A stretch of 64,000 nt of DNA from Raillietiella orientalis (lineage: Eukaryota). The notes beneath the pieces are model-generated. The model did not search any database, was not told the origin of the DNA, and saw only the letters and a list, made by a program, of their open reading frames with translations. A program made the position numbers and the translations under genes. The stretch's first letter is position 1; every line of letters starts with the position of its first letter. Shown here piece by piece: positions 37,101-49,200 of this stretch. The stretch covers positions 2,418,001 to 2,482,000 of the forward strand of contig JAYWIR010000008.1 of assembly GCA_036172245.1 (NCBI GenBank). Direction: 5' to 3'.

Positions 37101-40100
37101 CATCTCCCCTCCCCATTCACCAGCCTCCTTGGTGGGAGAGAGAGAGAGAGAGAGTAGGGGACACCCGCGCCTTCTCCCCCTGGCTTTTCTGCCGGCGAGG
37201 TCTCGTCCCTCAGAAGTCCTGGAGGGACGCACATCGGGAGCGCGCGCGCGCGCGCGCTGCAGTTAGGATTTCTTCCCGGCCACTTTGCACGCTCCGTTAC
37301 GGCGCCTCTTTCGGATGCGGGACCGCACTTTTATCTTGAGCTCAGCAGCTCCAGGCTCCCGAGCCACCCGGTCCAAAGGCAAAAACGCGCTCTCGCAGCA
37401 ACCCTTCCGCAGAGAGTTTACTTCAGGCGTTCAAACGACTGGGGACAAGCCGAGCGCGTTCAAGGTTTCCACAGTTTACGAGGCATTTCTTGCAAGACGA
37501 AAATAATTCCAACGCTCTTCTCGTCTATTCTTTTCCTTGCTCGCGGAACCATTACGCTTAAAGGATCGCACGTTTCTGGAATCCGCCTTCCTGTCCCACT
37601 AATTAAACGAGTTTTATTTTTCCCGACGCTGCTCTTCATTTTCGGGTGTCGCCTAAAAAATCCCAAACGACGCGCGCTGCACAGCGACTAAAGCGGGGGA
37701 CGAACCAGGACATTCCGGAACGTGGGGGGAAAGGAAGGGGGAGGAAAACATCCCGTGGAACGTCCCCCGGCTCTGCCGCTCCCCAAGGAGCTCCGAGTGG
37801 ACCGAAATATGTACTCCCCCCATTTTTTTCTTGCCCCCCTCTCTCCCTGTTTTGGGAAAAATGAGCGCGCCACCTGATGCAGGTGACTTTCCGCAAGCGA
37901 TCGATTCCGGCGTCTTCGAAATACAAGAGTGTGTCCTTTTTTTCCTTCCCTCCTCCTCCTCCCTTTGTGCAGGAGGAACCGTTAACTTGCGGTTGCCTTC
38001 CGCGTGCTAAACTTTGTCGTGAATTTTAATGCGCGCGGAGATGGAGTCCTCTCGCCGACGGCGCCACGCGATCCGAAATGGGGATTGGCACCCCTGGGTG
38101 CAAAATGTGAAGGTGTGGCGCCGAGCGCTGCCTCGTCTTTTTCTCCGGAAACAAATCCTCCCTCTCCTGTCGAAGCTCCTCCCGTGCGTGCGATACATAA
38201 ATCGGTATTCTGGAGGAAACACAAAGTGTTTTCCGGTCATGAGGGGAATGTGTACACGTCCGCACGTACACCTACGCCGGCGCGTCGGGAAGTCACCCGA
38301 AAGCTTTGTGAGCAAAGGTCACGTGGCGCCTATCGGAGGAACAGATCAGCACCGTGAGAAAATCGAATCATGCAAATCGGAAAGAACGGGAACGACGGCG
38401 GACGTGAGGATCGTTCTCCTCCCGATTCCTCTTCGATCCACGCCTCTTCCACGGACAAACAAAAAGAGGAAACGGGAACGCGGATCGCTGTGGCACGTCG
38501 AACACTCGCAAGTAACGCATCCACTTCTCCCGCCACGGGACGGACCAGCGAAAAAGGATAAGAAGAAGGTGCACGGCGACGTTCTTTCCTCCCTTGTGGT
38601 CCAGCTAGCCTTATCTCCGGAGCTCTGGAGCTCTTGTTGCGATGCCCGCTGGCTGCGGAGAGGATCGGCAGCCACCGGCCCGCAGTTTGCGAAGAACGCA
38701 GACTTCCCAGGAATGCAAAAGGGAGCGGCAGCGTCACGCGAGATCAAGCCACGGCTAAGAGAACGTTTGTTTCGGGATAACCTCGAGGTCGAGCGACAGT
38801 CAAGAGGAGGAGGAGGAAGAGGAGGCTCTTCCGCGTTTCGCATCCCGGGACGCGCGAACCGTTCCAAAAGAGGCATCGGCGTCACCGCACGGCAGCCCGG
38901 GAGCCCAAGGCTGGATGGAACCCAAGCCGGAGGAATCCATTTGTTCATTTCACAGTTTGTTTAATCCGCTGCCTCCGCGTGCTTAACGGGGTCGCTGCAG
39001 CTCCGATCCCGCGTGCCCGAGACGCACTCGGGAGCGTCTCCCGCGTCCCGGAATGCGTCCGTCCGCCGCGTGGAAACCTCCGCTGCCCCTTTCCGAGCGA
39101 AATCGCGAAGAAAGGGGGGGAGGGGTGAAAGAGAAAAAAAAAACCCTCCGCGAAAGCCGGGAGAAGGAGGTTCACTCGTTATGGGCCCAAATCGCTCCTC
39201 ATCCGAGCAAGTAAAATTAGGGTACTTGCGAACTTCAGCCCAGGCTGATGAATGCCTTCTTTGCGGGGAGGGAGAGGGGGAGGCAAGAAATGTCTTTTGC
39301 TCGTCGCCACCGAGATTGGACGCTCCGGGAAATGGGCAAGGCTAGCCAGCGCCTTCCCGAAGTGTGATTTAAACCACGGATCCTGCAGCCGACCCATTTC
39401 TGCCCGTATGCTCGATCTCGTTGGAGCGATTAAACCGCGTGGCAGGCGGGTCCCCTCGTTCGACCCTCGAAAGCCGGGAAGCCGCGGGAAAACGCAGGTA
39501 TTTGCAAGTTTGGATTGGGTGAGCCTTCCCCTCGGCATCGATCAAGTAGACAAGAGTGAATTATTCGCTCTACAAACAGCCAGTTGGGTGGGCGCGAGTA
39601 AAGTCCTATCTTTGACAATCATCAAGCATTATGTGTTTCCCTATTCCCGTGGGCCGCGTGGAACACACTCGGCGCTCCGAGGAATTGGGCTGTGCTTTCT
39701 TCGTACGGAATTCCGGCGAGCGCGTCGCCGCAGCGTCCGTCCGCAGTGCACCGCTCATCTGAGCAGCCGCGGGCCCCGCCTCTGCCCCCCGTACTCGGCT
39801 GGTGGACGACGGAATGTACAGTGATGCCTCCCCTCCTAGCTCTCTCCCTCGTGGCCGGGCGGGACACACGTAAATTCAGCTCGGCAAACCTGCAGCCAGC
39901 ATGTTGCGACGGGCTTCTGCCCACGAGGGCCCGAAGCGGCGATCGTGCGTGTGAATTTTTATTTTATTTCCTTTTCCGACAACCAGTCGATTCGGAGAGA
40001 GAGGGGGGGGGGGGCAGTGGAGGGATTCCTCTTTTCGGGGTCTTTCGTTCCTTCAAACATTCGAACGTTAAGGAAAGAAAGAACGCCTTTGCGCTGAAGT

Positions 40101-40217
40101 GCGCCTGCAGGCCGGACGTCAGCAGCAGAAACGGCGTGGGATGAGGGACGCTCCCGGAAGCGTCCGCATCTTGCCCCTCCCGAAGCACCCGTGCTTTACA
40201 CACACATGCGTCACACG

Positions 40218-40221
<4 letters not shown>

Positions 40222-40256
<35 letters not shown>
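40222..40256. repeat. (GT)17 microsatellite
   Basis: Perfect GT dinucleotide run. Confidence 0.98.
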
Positions 40257-40257
<1 letters not shown>

Positions 40258-41511
40258 CACGTGCAGTGCACGTCCTCCGGGTAAGGAGGTCGAAGGTGCC
40301 ACACTGCACCTCTTCCGAGTACCAAGCGGGGTAAACTGCAAGTCCAGGCGGTGGCAACCCCGAAAGGGGGGGGGGTCATGCCGCGGATTGCGTGGGCTCC
40401 GTGTGCAACCAACGCCACCGTCGGGGGAGGGGCGCGCCCCCACCGCGGAACGCCGCCTCCAGCCACCTCGTGCGGGGAGCCCCCGGCCTCGGATTTTTCT
40501 GCAGCTCCGACGGAAGGGGGGGGGGGGGGGGGTTCCTGCTTCCCCCTTAAAAAGAAAACAAGGAGCTGGAAAAGAAAAAAGAAAAAAAAAATGAAAAAAT
40601 GAAAAGAAACTTCATTGAAAAAGAAGCAGTGCTGACTCTGTGACGGCCTATGCGGCCCTTCTCCTGATCGAATTTTCCTTCTTGTCGACGAGAGTTTCTC
40701 TTCAGCCTTATCATTGCCGAAAACAATGCACACTTTTGGGAATGGTGCATTCCCTGATTTATTGAAATTGGGATTCTGATAAGATTTTCTCCTCCCGTTT
40801 TTATACCCGGCGCTCTCCTTTTCGCGAATGCATGTGTTCCTCAAGACGACGTCTCCGTAGCTATCGCATTGACGTCTGCGCTATCATGATTTATCTTGCT
40901 CCAGGAGCTAATTTTCTAGCTGCTTGTCCTGTAGCTCTTCTAGAACGCTCGCTCGCCAGCCCCACTGAACCTCCCCACCCATTTGCGTGATTATCGAAGC
41001 AATTGCAAATTAACGGCGAGCATTGCATTCGATTCAGACCTCAACAATAAATAGCAGCAGCAGCAGCAGCGCCAACGGCATTTTGCAATCAAAATTCAGT
41101 TGCTGTTGCTTTCTTCTTCTTCCTCTTCCCCCTCCCCTCCCTCCCCCTTCAGAGCCCATCGATGATGACTTCTGGAAACGCGGCCTATAAACAGGATGGA
41201 GAATTCGAAAGGAAAAAAAAAAAAATGATTCCCTCGATGCGCTGCTGTCGCCACACGCCTGCCTGTGCAATCAAAGACTCAATCTTGTGCAGGCTGCTCC
41301 GAATGGCTTCCACCTCCCCTTCAGCAGGATTGCCACGATCCACACGCAGGTGGAAAAAACGTTGGATAAAAAGCGCGAAGAAAAATGAAGCCCAGGCAGA
41401 GTGCTGAACTCTCTCGAGGCTGAGGTCTCGAGGCGGCGGTCACCGGCGCCACCGGCAAACTTTCCTCACTCCGCTGGCAAATTTTTTTCTTTCTCCTTTT
41501 CCTTTTCCTTT

Positions 41512-41542
<31 letters not shown>

Positions 41543-42701
41543 GGGGAGTATCGGAGCCACTTTGCCCGGATCAGCGCACGCCTTGCCTCGCACCCTCCCC
41601 CCCCCCCACCGAAGCACACGTGAGCCTCTCTCTCCCAGAACTTGGGAATCACTCTCCTTTCGAGGTACCATTCATTCCCGGAACTTTCCTTCAGAGAAGT
41701 ACTTTTCCCGAGGAAGGCAGGAGTGGGTCGGCCTGCTGCTGCCGCCACGTGTTGCTCCATAAGCAGTCGGCACCTTACCTTAGTGTGGCCGCTGCGGCGG
41801 AGGAGGAAAGGGCGGTGGTGGTGGCGGCGGCAGGCGAGGGATGCCCCCGAACCACCGCGATTCCACTCGTTCGCCTGCCAGCAGCGGCCCGACCTCCTGC
41901 ACGGGCGCGGCGGGCCGTGGCGCCGCGTGACGGTGACCCGCTCGTTGCCACGGATGAGGCGCGCGCTCTCGCGTTGGGAGCGCCACGTTGCGCGCGTCTG
42001 CACCGAGCCGCTCGCCGCGGGCCCCGCGGAACAACCCAGGCCTCCGTCGTACCCTAAAATGGGAGCGCCGCAACCGGGGGAGGAAGAAGTTCTCTCTTTC
42101 CAGCGTTTCCAATCGCGTGGTGAGCAACAGAAGCTCTTCGGCGAGAGCGGTTTCACAAGAACCTGGCGCGTGTGCTTTCCGGTGCAGCACCGGAAGAGTG
42201 ACGCTGCTTTCGGGACAGAGCAAATAGGATCTGGTCCTGCAGCTGCGACGACAAGGACCGGTCCCCAGAAAAGAATTCCCTGCCGCTCCTCATTATTGCC
42301 ACTTAGAAAAAATCGATAGCTCGATGGCGAGCTCCTTCCATTTTCCGCAGATGTCAAGTTTTATGGAGACACTGCGCGACTTGGAAACGCAGACTTATCG
42401 TCTCGAACCGAGGGAAAGACGAAAGATGCTGCGAATTGCTCTGCAAGGCCGGGAAAGAAAAATGGAACGGGGCAAACAAAGGAGCCGAAGGAAGGAGCGG
42501 AGCGCCGTGTTATTGGGGTTCGGGAAATGCCGCCGTTTCTCCTCGTTCTCTCTCTTCGACGCCATCGCCAGCAGCGGCGGCAGCAGAAGCACCTTCGGCA
42601 AGAGCCTCCGCGAGCGCGCCTTTCCGATTCGCGGGCATCTCGCAGCCGGCCCTCCTCCGGAGGAGCTCGGCAAGAGCCAGCGGGCAGCCGACGGCCCTCC
42701 A

Positions 42702-42726
42702 CGCGCGCGCGCGCGCGCGCGCGCGC
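42702..42726. repeat. (CG)12 tract
   Basis: Uninterrupted alternating CG. A shorter tract lies at ~37240-37257. Confidence 0.95.
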
Positions 42727-43239
42727 TCCGCGGTAGAGGCGACGGTTCGGAGCGTGCGGGCGAGATGGCAGCACGTTCCGAGGGAGCGCTCCCTCGACTC
42801 CGCCGCCTCCCCTCCGCGACGGATGGCGAAGAAACCCACTCCTTCCCCCTCCTCCTCCTCCCGGAAATCCGTGCGAGCGCGCGAGGGAAGGGAATCTCTG
42901 CGGAAGGCTCCTTCCTGGCGCCGCCGACGCCGACGCGCGCTAACGCAGGTCTTGTCCTGCTTTGCCAGGGTCGCACCTGGAGGGGGGGCGTCTGTCGCCC
43001 GCTTCGATCCGCGCTACTGCTGCTGCGACGATCCCCCCCCCCCCCCCGAGGGAGGGTAGTGGTGACCTGCCTGATCGGAGCTTTCCCCGTCCTCCCCAGA
43101 GAGAAACGCGCGGGAGGCGATCCCGCTCCTCCTTTCTGAGGAGTGGCCCAGCTCCCCTCCAGTACTCCCGCCGGGAGCCCAGAGAAAGGCGACTCGGTCC
43201 CCTCCGACTTCCGACTCCCCGCTGGAGGCGGCGACGGCT

Positions 43240-45500
43240 CCCCCGCAACGTGATTTGGGATGCTGCCTTTCCTGCAATCGCCCCCCTTGCTCCTTCGCGG
43301 CTGGTGCATCCTCGGTCCGCGCTCGGTGCTCTGGCGCGTCAGCCGAAGACGGGGGAGACGTGCTGGAAGCGTTCCCTCCAGCACCGGACGGGTGCCTCGG
43401 ATGACGACGCTGCTTCCCGGGGGAGCCAGCTCTCTCTTACAGGATTCCGGTCAGAGAACCAGGAAGCGTCCCACCTTAGGAATGGCGCTGCCTCTGCGTG
43501 ACGCACCCACAAGTTAACTCGACGCAGGCTGCCCCAGCGATCCTGAACGACTCGAGACTCTCTCCGCCGGTCAGGTGACCCCGCCTTCCGGTTCTTCTCG
43601 TTGTTGCTGCTGTTGCTGCTCCGGGATGCCTCTCCGAGGCTGCTGCTGCGCTGAGAGAGATGGAGCGAGCGTCTCCCTGCTGCTGTTGGTCCTGAGTCAT
43701 GTGAGGAGGCAGCGGAGGCGGTCCTGGTGACGCAGGGTCCCGAAGAGAGAGTCCCCTTGAAAAGCGCCTTCCGAGAGAAGGAGCCCTGCGGCCTTGCTGC
43801 ATCCAGGGTGGAGAAACGAGGAACTGCTTCTGGGTATCAGTCCGCAGAGACAACAGGATCTGGAAGGATTTCCTTTCAGGGTTTCCTTTTTCGTTTCGTT
43901 TTTTTTTTTTTTTTTTCCTTTTTTAGTTTCCACCATGGCGAAAGAGACGGCGCGTGCGTGCAGTTTGCCAGAGGAGACTGAATGTTCGTTTCCGGCGCCA
44001 TTGCCTCCAAAGTTCCCCCCTTCGCCCCCCCTTCCCTTCCGCAGCTGAGCTCACTCTTGAGGTGAGTTGGAGACTGCCACCGCCGCGTTGAAAGCCTGGA
44101 ACCTCCCCTCTCCCCCTCCTCCGCCCGAAGGGAATCGCTTTCGCTCCTGCGCCTTCTTCTGCCGCGCGCGACCACACTGCCACATCCCGCCGCCGCTGAC
44201 TGGCAGGAAGCAGCTGTCGACAACCGCGAGGTGGGGCGCAGACTAGAGACCGCGTCGCCTCCTCTCCCCCAGGTGTCGTCTCGACAACATCGACATTGTC
44301 GGAAGGGACATCCGGTCCGAGCGGGTGCGAGCGGGCGCCGCGGCAGACTATGCGGCGCGAAGAGCGCCGGTTAGGAGGAAGGAAGGCGGTCACCAGACGC
44401 CCGTGCATTCGTATGGAAGCACGCGCTCTTCATCCGAGATGCACTTCCAGCAGGGTTCTCATCCAGTTCTCTGCCAAACGGGACTGGGGAGGGAGGGAGG
44501 GAAGGGGGACGGGCTGTCCCACCGTCCCGTCTTGTCCTCCTTTTCTTGGAGTTCCCAGGGAATTCTCCTAGGTGGAGGACTTCTCCGGCCTTCGCTGCCA
44601 GGACACTCCCTGGGAGCGGGGGGACGTCACCGCATGTCTCACAGGACGCGTTCCCTCCCCTGCTTGAGCGCTGCTGGAATGCTCCAGATGCCGCAGCAGG
44701 GACGGATGGACGTCTCAAGGACAGACCAACCCCCTCCCCTCCCCGAATAAGAACCCGGGAGACCCTTCCGAAGCGAACGCTCGCCACCTACGGAGCTTTT
44801 TTCAGCCTCCCCCTCGCTGGGCATCTTCCACCAGGTGTCAGCAATCGCCAAGATGTGCAGCCCATCCCAGTGCGCCGTTCGCCGCTGCTGCCGTCCTCGG
44901 GCGGGGGGAGACGAAATGGTCCAAAGCTGAGATGCCTTCTCCTCCCCGTCCCTGATGGATGCGGACCCTTGGGGAACTGTGTTCATCATCGTGAGATCGG
45001 TCTGCAGCACCCCCCGTTCATGGATCGATTGATTGGTTCTCCCTCCTTTCTCCCCATTCTCTCCGCGGGCTCCGCCCCCAGTGAGGCCTGGTCCCCTTTC
45101 GTTTCCGACCGGTCCCTTCCTAATTGTGAAATTTTATTTATTCATTTCGAAGAAATGACCTGGCAATCGGTAACAAGGACAGAATCTTCTCGAAGAGATG
45201 AGCTTGCTGCACGTGGAGCAGGTGATGGGTGCATGAGCTGGTCCGTACGCCTTCTCGTTGATGCCACGGAACGACTCTCCGGGGAGCTTGGGAAGCTGCT
45301 ACGGTTCTTCTTGCTGTCGTCGTCGTCGTCGTCGTTGCTTTTTGAATGGAGTCCCCCTGGCGCTCCAGCCCTGGCACTGATGGGAAGGGGGGAGCCGCCG
45401 CACCTGAATGGGCAGAACTGACGGGAGATTCAGCCAAGCGATCGTTAGGACAGTGCGAAAATCGACCTTCGTACTGTCCTTCGAGCAGGCGACAGAGTCG
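43240..45500 (-). mobile_element. Fossil non-LTR retrotransposon (RT core, possibly followed by an R2-like C-terminal region), frameshifted and interrupted
   Basis: Motifs appear in colinear order on the minus strand: PIT..TCSKL/LFEKIL (~45230-45180, RT domain 1), VPQGS (44977-44963), WDGLHILAIAD (~44870-44837, decayed YADD), then weaker NPVRESWL, EGTLPAR and DCRKGSIPNHV (~43450-43245). Confidence 0.5.
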
Positions 45501-45829
45501 GCGATCGGCCCGTTCCACGGAGGCAGGGTTTGCCTGCCGGCACGGGCCGCGGTGGGGAACACGTTTGTGGTCCCCTCTTCCACCCCCTGCTTTTTGCTTA
45601 CCCCCCCCCCCCCCCCCCCCATCCCCATGAGCGAAGATCAAGAAGCGGACAAACGACCTCCTAAGAATCGCCCTTTGGGGCAAAGGGAGGCCCCGAGTCT
45701 GCCTGAAGGATTTGTGTGCGCTCCGCGTCGGGACGGCGCTCTCGGCCTACTGACGCTGATTCGCAGGAGCGACTGGAGCTTCAGCAGCTCCAGTTCCGGA
45801 CACTCGCCCTCGTGGCGAAGATGTGGAGC

Positions 45830-46200
45830 ACCCATCCATCCTGCGACTCTGCACGCCTCCTCGTTGAGCAGACCACTGAGAACGCAGGACTCGCGTCCTT
45901 CCTCGCGCTCCATCGCTGCCACATCTGCCACCGCGGATTGCAGCTTCAGCGGGTGGCCCATCTGACGAGCAAGAACACGGGATGGATCTCCTACCGTCCC
46001 GCGAACGGTAGTGCCCGGCTGCAAGAAACCGTTCGCACGTGGGCGAGGAGCCAGGAGCAACGCACGGAAAAGGTGCACCGTTTCCTGTTCGTGAGCAACA
46101 ACCGCTGCACGCTCCGAGAGATCCCGGAAGATCCCGGAAAAAGCGCGTGGGCAGGAAGAACCTTTCTCGCTGCAGCGCTGCCTTCCCTCAGGAAACATTT
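45830..46200 (+). mobile_element. Decayed C2H2-like zinc-finger region, possibly the N-terminus of an RLE-type non-LTR element
   Basis: Fragments across frames: HRCHICHRG...VAH, VPGCKKPF, SQEQRTEKVH, NRCTL, TF...SLRKHL. Confidence 0.3.
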
Positions 46201-49200
46201 GGGCAGCAGCATCGCGGCGAAATGGGAAGTTAAGGTGACTGTCTCCGGAACGGAGGAAGGACTGGGCGAGTGGAAGACGGGCCAGATCACCGACGCTGAG
46301 ACCCTCATTGCACCACCCCGTGGAGTCTTCCGCTAGGGCGAGCTGCTGGATGTTCTGTCGGAACGTCTAAAGTGGCCCCTGGTGGTGCTCCTGGACACCC
46401 GCACTCTCCCCTTGAAGTGGCACGAGTTGACGCTGCTGCGCTAGGGCCTCCCGTGCAATGCCCGCCGTAGTCACCGGATGCGGTTGCGTGTGGACCCGAG
46501 CTGGTGCAGGGTGCGGGGAGCGTGAATCCCTCCTTCACCTGCTAGTGGACTGTGTTGCCCTCCGGCCACTCTGAGAACTCCCGGAGGCAACTCCAGGAAC
46601 GCTTTGAAACCCCTCTTCGTTCGCGACGCTCTTCGGCCAGCAGCCTCGTCAGCGGATCTGTGCTGCCTGCGCGGGATTGCTACGCAGGAGGAGGACCCAG
46701 AGATACGGATGCCACGTTGCCGTCCTCTTCATCAGGATGGCAACGCGATAGCCCCACCTGGACAGGAATATCCAAGGGCAAGACCTTGCCGGCATCCTGG
46801 AGAGGATGGACAGGACCGCCGGTCCAACCACAGTTCTCATGAAGCGCTTGTTTTTGAAACAGACGCCCCGGAGCACGCGGGTGAGATTCGAACACGCGCC
46901 AACGACGCGCGGGACCAATTTCGTGTTCAGAACGCGACCATTGTTGCTGCTCGCTGCCTCGCAACAGTCGCCGAGCTCGACGGCCGGTTTTCGCGGAAGG
47001 CGGATGGGATCGTTGGGCTCCTCCGCGGCAACGCTTCCGCCCACCGCCGTTTCCGCTCCCCGTGCCGCCGAGCCGGGACCGCCCGCTTCCCCTGCCACGC
47101 GGTGACGCGCGCCACGAGATCGCGTGGCGGCTGAGCCAACTTTTGCGAGGCGCCACATGCCGAAGGAGTTCCCGCCGACAGGTGTAACCCTCTCCCTTAG
47201 GGCGTACCCCTCAGATGCGTCCCCATTCGAGGTACGTCTGGCGATCTCCGAATCGCTGAATGAAACAAAAAACAGAAAAAAAAAAGAAGGGGTTGGTGCC
47301 CACGCCAACTCGCGACTGATGGGGCGAGCATCCCCTGTTTCATCATCCCCCGTCCCTTCTCACCTGCGTCTCGGTTCTTCTGGAGACTTTCCCGCTTCTT
47401 CCCGACCGCTCCTGGGACCTATGTCAAGCGGGAGCCCTCCGTGGCCTTCGGAGGAGAATCCAGCATCCAGCGTTCGGGCTCGGAGTGGACGGCGGTGAGG
47501 ATGAACCAAGGAGCCCTCCACGAGGCTTCGCCAGGACGACTCGTGCGCCGTCCGTCCAACGGCGCAGAGCAACGGAGGGCTTTTTGCGCGGGAGGGCGGA
47601 GCCGGGGGCAGGCGAGGAGGCGCTCCGGACATCCCGCCGGAGGGCGCGCGCATCCCGAGGTTCGGCTTACGGCCACCCCGGAGTAGGTCGCCTACCCGCT
47701 CCCATCCCGCATGTCGCCCATGACGATCCTCCGCACGTCCCCGCGACGGACTCACCCAGAGGGCGGCCCTCCGCTGGGAGCTCCACGCGCTCCCATCCTT
47801 GAGAAGGGCAGGGCGCTCCTCCGAAACGGCGGGGAGGGTGGGGTGCTGGGATTCCTTCAGCCCCTGGAAATCTTCGCGTTTCTCGCCGGGATGCGGTGTC
47901 CTGGGAGGGGACGCTTCCCGGGCCACCCGTCAGAGGGCCGCCGCTCGGCTCGGCAGAGGTGTACGGAATTGGCGGCTCTGTGGCCCGCCCCGCCCCTGCC
48001 CTCCAAAAGGAGGAGCACCTCCGAAACCGGAAGCAGAAGCGCGAGAGGTGCTTTACCTCGAGGCGGGGAGAGGGACTGGTCGGGGAAGGAGTCTCGCCAG
48101 CGCGGCGGCGCTGAGATAGAGAGACGGGGCAGGGCCTGCCTGCCCGATCCTTCATCAACCCCGATTCCGATCCCGTCTTCGCATGGGGGAGGGGAGACCT
48201 CGTGGCTGCCGGGGAAAGAAGGGGGAGTAAGGAGAGGGTGCTTGCCAAGAGTCCTGAACTGCAAAACCCCACCCCTCTCCACCCTTCTGCACCCAGGCTT
48301 CCTGCAGCGTGTGGCGCCGCTCCCGCATTTCCTCCTCCCATTCGCATCCTGCCGAGGAGGGAAGCTGTGCAACAGGGGGAGCGCTCAGAAGTTTATCTAT
48401 AGGTATAGGTAACGGACCTATACCTGCCCACTCTCGGAGGAGGGAGGCGCGAGCACGTGCCGCGACTAAGGTGCTTTCAGAGGCAGCGGGAGGAGGAGGA
48501 AGGAGGGAGGAGGAAGATGCGCATCGGGGCTGCTGCTGCAGTGCTAGTGATAGGTGGACCGCGCGGTTGGATGTCGAGGAGCATTTTTTTTTCTCGCATT
48601 GAGGTTTGGGGGGGGGGGACTCTCAGGGAGCGAAAGCACCGAGGTAAGGAGGGGCCGCTCCCGCGCTTCATGGTCTCGCCACGAGGGGAGACAGGCAGAG
48701 ACGGTGCCGCTGCGGTAGGTCCAACTTTCCCTTTCTTATTCTTTCCTCCTTCCTTCTTTCCTCCTCCTATTTTCCTCTCTCCTCCCTTCCTCCTCTTCCT
48801 CTTCCCTCCCTCCCTTACTTTTCCTCTTCTTCATCTCACCATTATCCACTATGCCTCTACTCCCGCCGCGACCGCCTTCCAGGTCCGGAGGTCTCCCATG
48901 CCTCTACTCCCGGGACGCTGCCGCATCCTGGGAGATGAAGCAGTTCTCCCTCTCCGTTCCCCTTCTCGGTCCGTCCTCCTACATCCTGCTCAGAGGAACC
49001 GAGGGAGAGTCGCAGCGCGGTGGTCATCCCCGCGGGGGATTTTCTCACCTCGGCGACTTGGTGCCAGCCGTTCCTTCTCTTCCCCTCCTCCTCCTCCGTG
49101 GCGCTCGGCACCGCAAGGAGAAATCGAACCTCCTCCCCGGAGCGCAATGAAGTCAGGAGGGCGGCAGCACCCGCGCACCCCTCCCTTCGCCGCCGTCGCT

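Noticed and set aside
46870..46945. tRNA gene (GTTCGAATC B-box on the minus strand)
   Set aside because: No cloverleaf or good A-box; at most a decayed SINE fragment.
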